Shown in pieces: positions 63,328 through 64,000 of a stretch of DNA of 64,000 nucleotides. The position numbers and the translations under genes were made by a program. Each line of letters opens with the position of its first letter. Position 1 is the first letter of the stretch. The notes under the pieces are model-generated. The model saw only the letters and a program-made list of their open reading frames with translations. It was not told the DNA's origin and did not search any database. Origin of the DNA: Octopus vulgaris (Eukaryota); contig OX597814.1 in assembly GCA_951406725.2 (NCBI GenBank), positions 208,010,001 to 208,074,000 on the forward strand, read 5' to 3'.

Positions 63328-64000
63328 TGACTAAATATTACTAAATATTACAATTTAGTAAAGAATTAATGCTTGAATATTTCATTCTTGTTTTGGTTTG
63401 CAAACTTCTTGATATCTTTTATGGGTGTGATATAACAAATGATATGCATATACATATATATATATATATGTGTATATATATATGTATATTATCATCATCA
63501 TCATCATCATTTAGCGTCCGTTTTCCATGCTAGCATGGGTTGGACAGTTTAACTGGGGTCTGTGAAGCCGGAAGGCTTCATCAGACCCAGTCAGATTTGG
63601 CAGTGTTTCTACGGCTGGATGCCCTTCCTAACGTCAACCACTCCGTGAGTGTAGTGGGTGCTTTTACGTGCCACCTGCACAGGTGCCAGACAGAGCTGGC
63701 AAACGGCCACAAACGGATGGTGATTTTATATAGCATGGAGAACGGACGTTAAACGATGATGATGATGATGATGATATATGTATATACATATCATTTGTCA
63801 TATCATAGTCATATATATATGTGCAAATTTGCTTTGATCCTTTGGCCTATAACCGATGAGGAGTTGGGGACCTTTTGTGTCTGTTTTCTGTTTGTGCATC
63901 TATTATATGTTCTTTGACTTATCAATTTGATGGAATGTCATGTATTGTCTTTTATTTTGTTTACAGTTAGTGTTTATATATACATATATATATATATATA

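Overview
AT-rich, intron-rich animal genomic DNA. The repeat families suggest a cephalopod such as Octopus, but that is inference only. The whole window lies inside one minus-strand gene for an axonemal outer-arm dynein beta heavy chain (DNAH9/DNAH11/DNAH17 class). I traced 26 GT-AG exons (62876 down to 1420, 5503 coding nt, about 1834 codons). Their phases join into one open frame running from the N-terminal tail through the linker to AAA1 (Walker A GPAGTGKT, Walker [10 protein letters not shown]). Both ends of the gene lie outside the window. The introns are packed with mobile DNA: several tRNA-headed SINE families with target-site duplications (TSDs), about 20 truncated RTE-type LINE 3' ends, non-autonomous Helitrons, piggyBac/hAT/mariner MITEs, CR1/L2 and Gypsy relics, a probable solo LTR and microsatellites. 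Four things stand out. (1) A TSD-flanked palindromic Penelope-like element has a minimal hammerhead ribozyme motif in each arm, one of them split by a SINE. (2) The RTE-type 3' ends carry variable-length tandem arrays of 62-67 bp units, each able to fold as a pseudoknot plus a hairpin. (3) A 2.6-kb A/T-tract satellite shows a higher-order period of about 292 bp. (4) There are several long fold-back elements, one with TTAGGG repeats in its loop. Most ORFs in the supplied track are repeat artefacts. All coordinates were read by eye and no database search was run.
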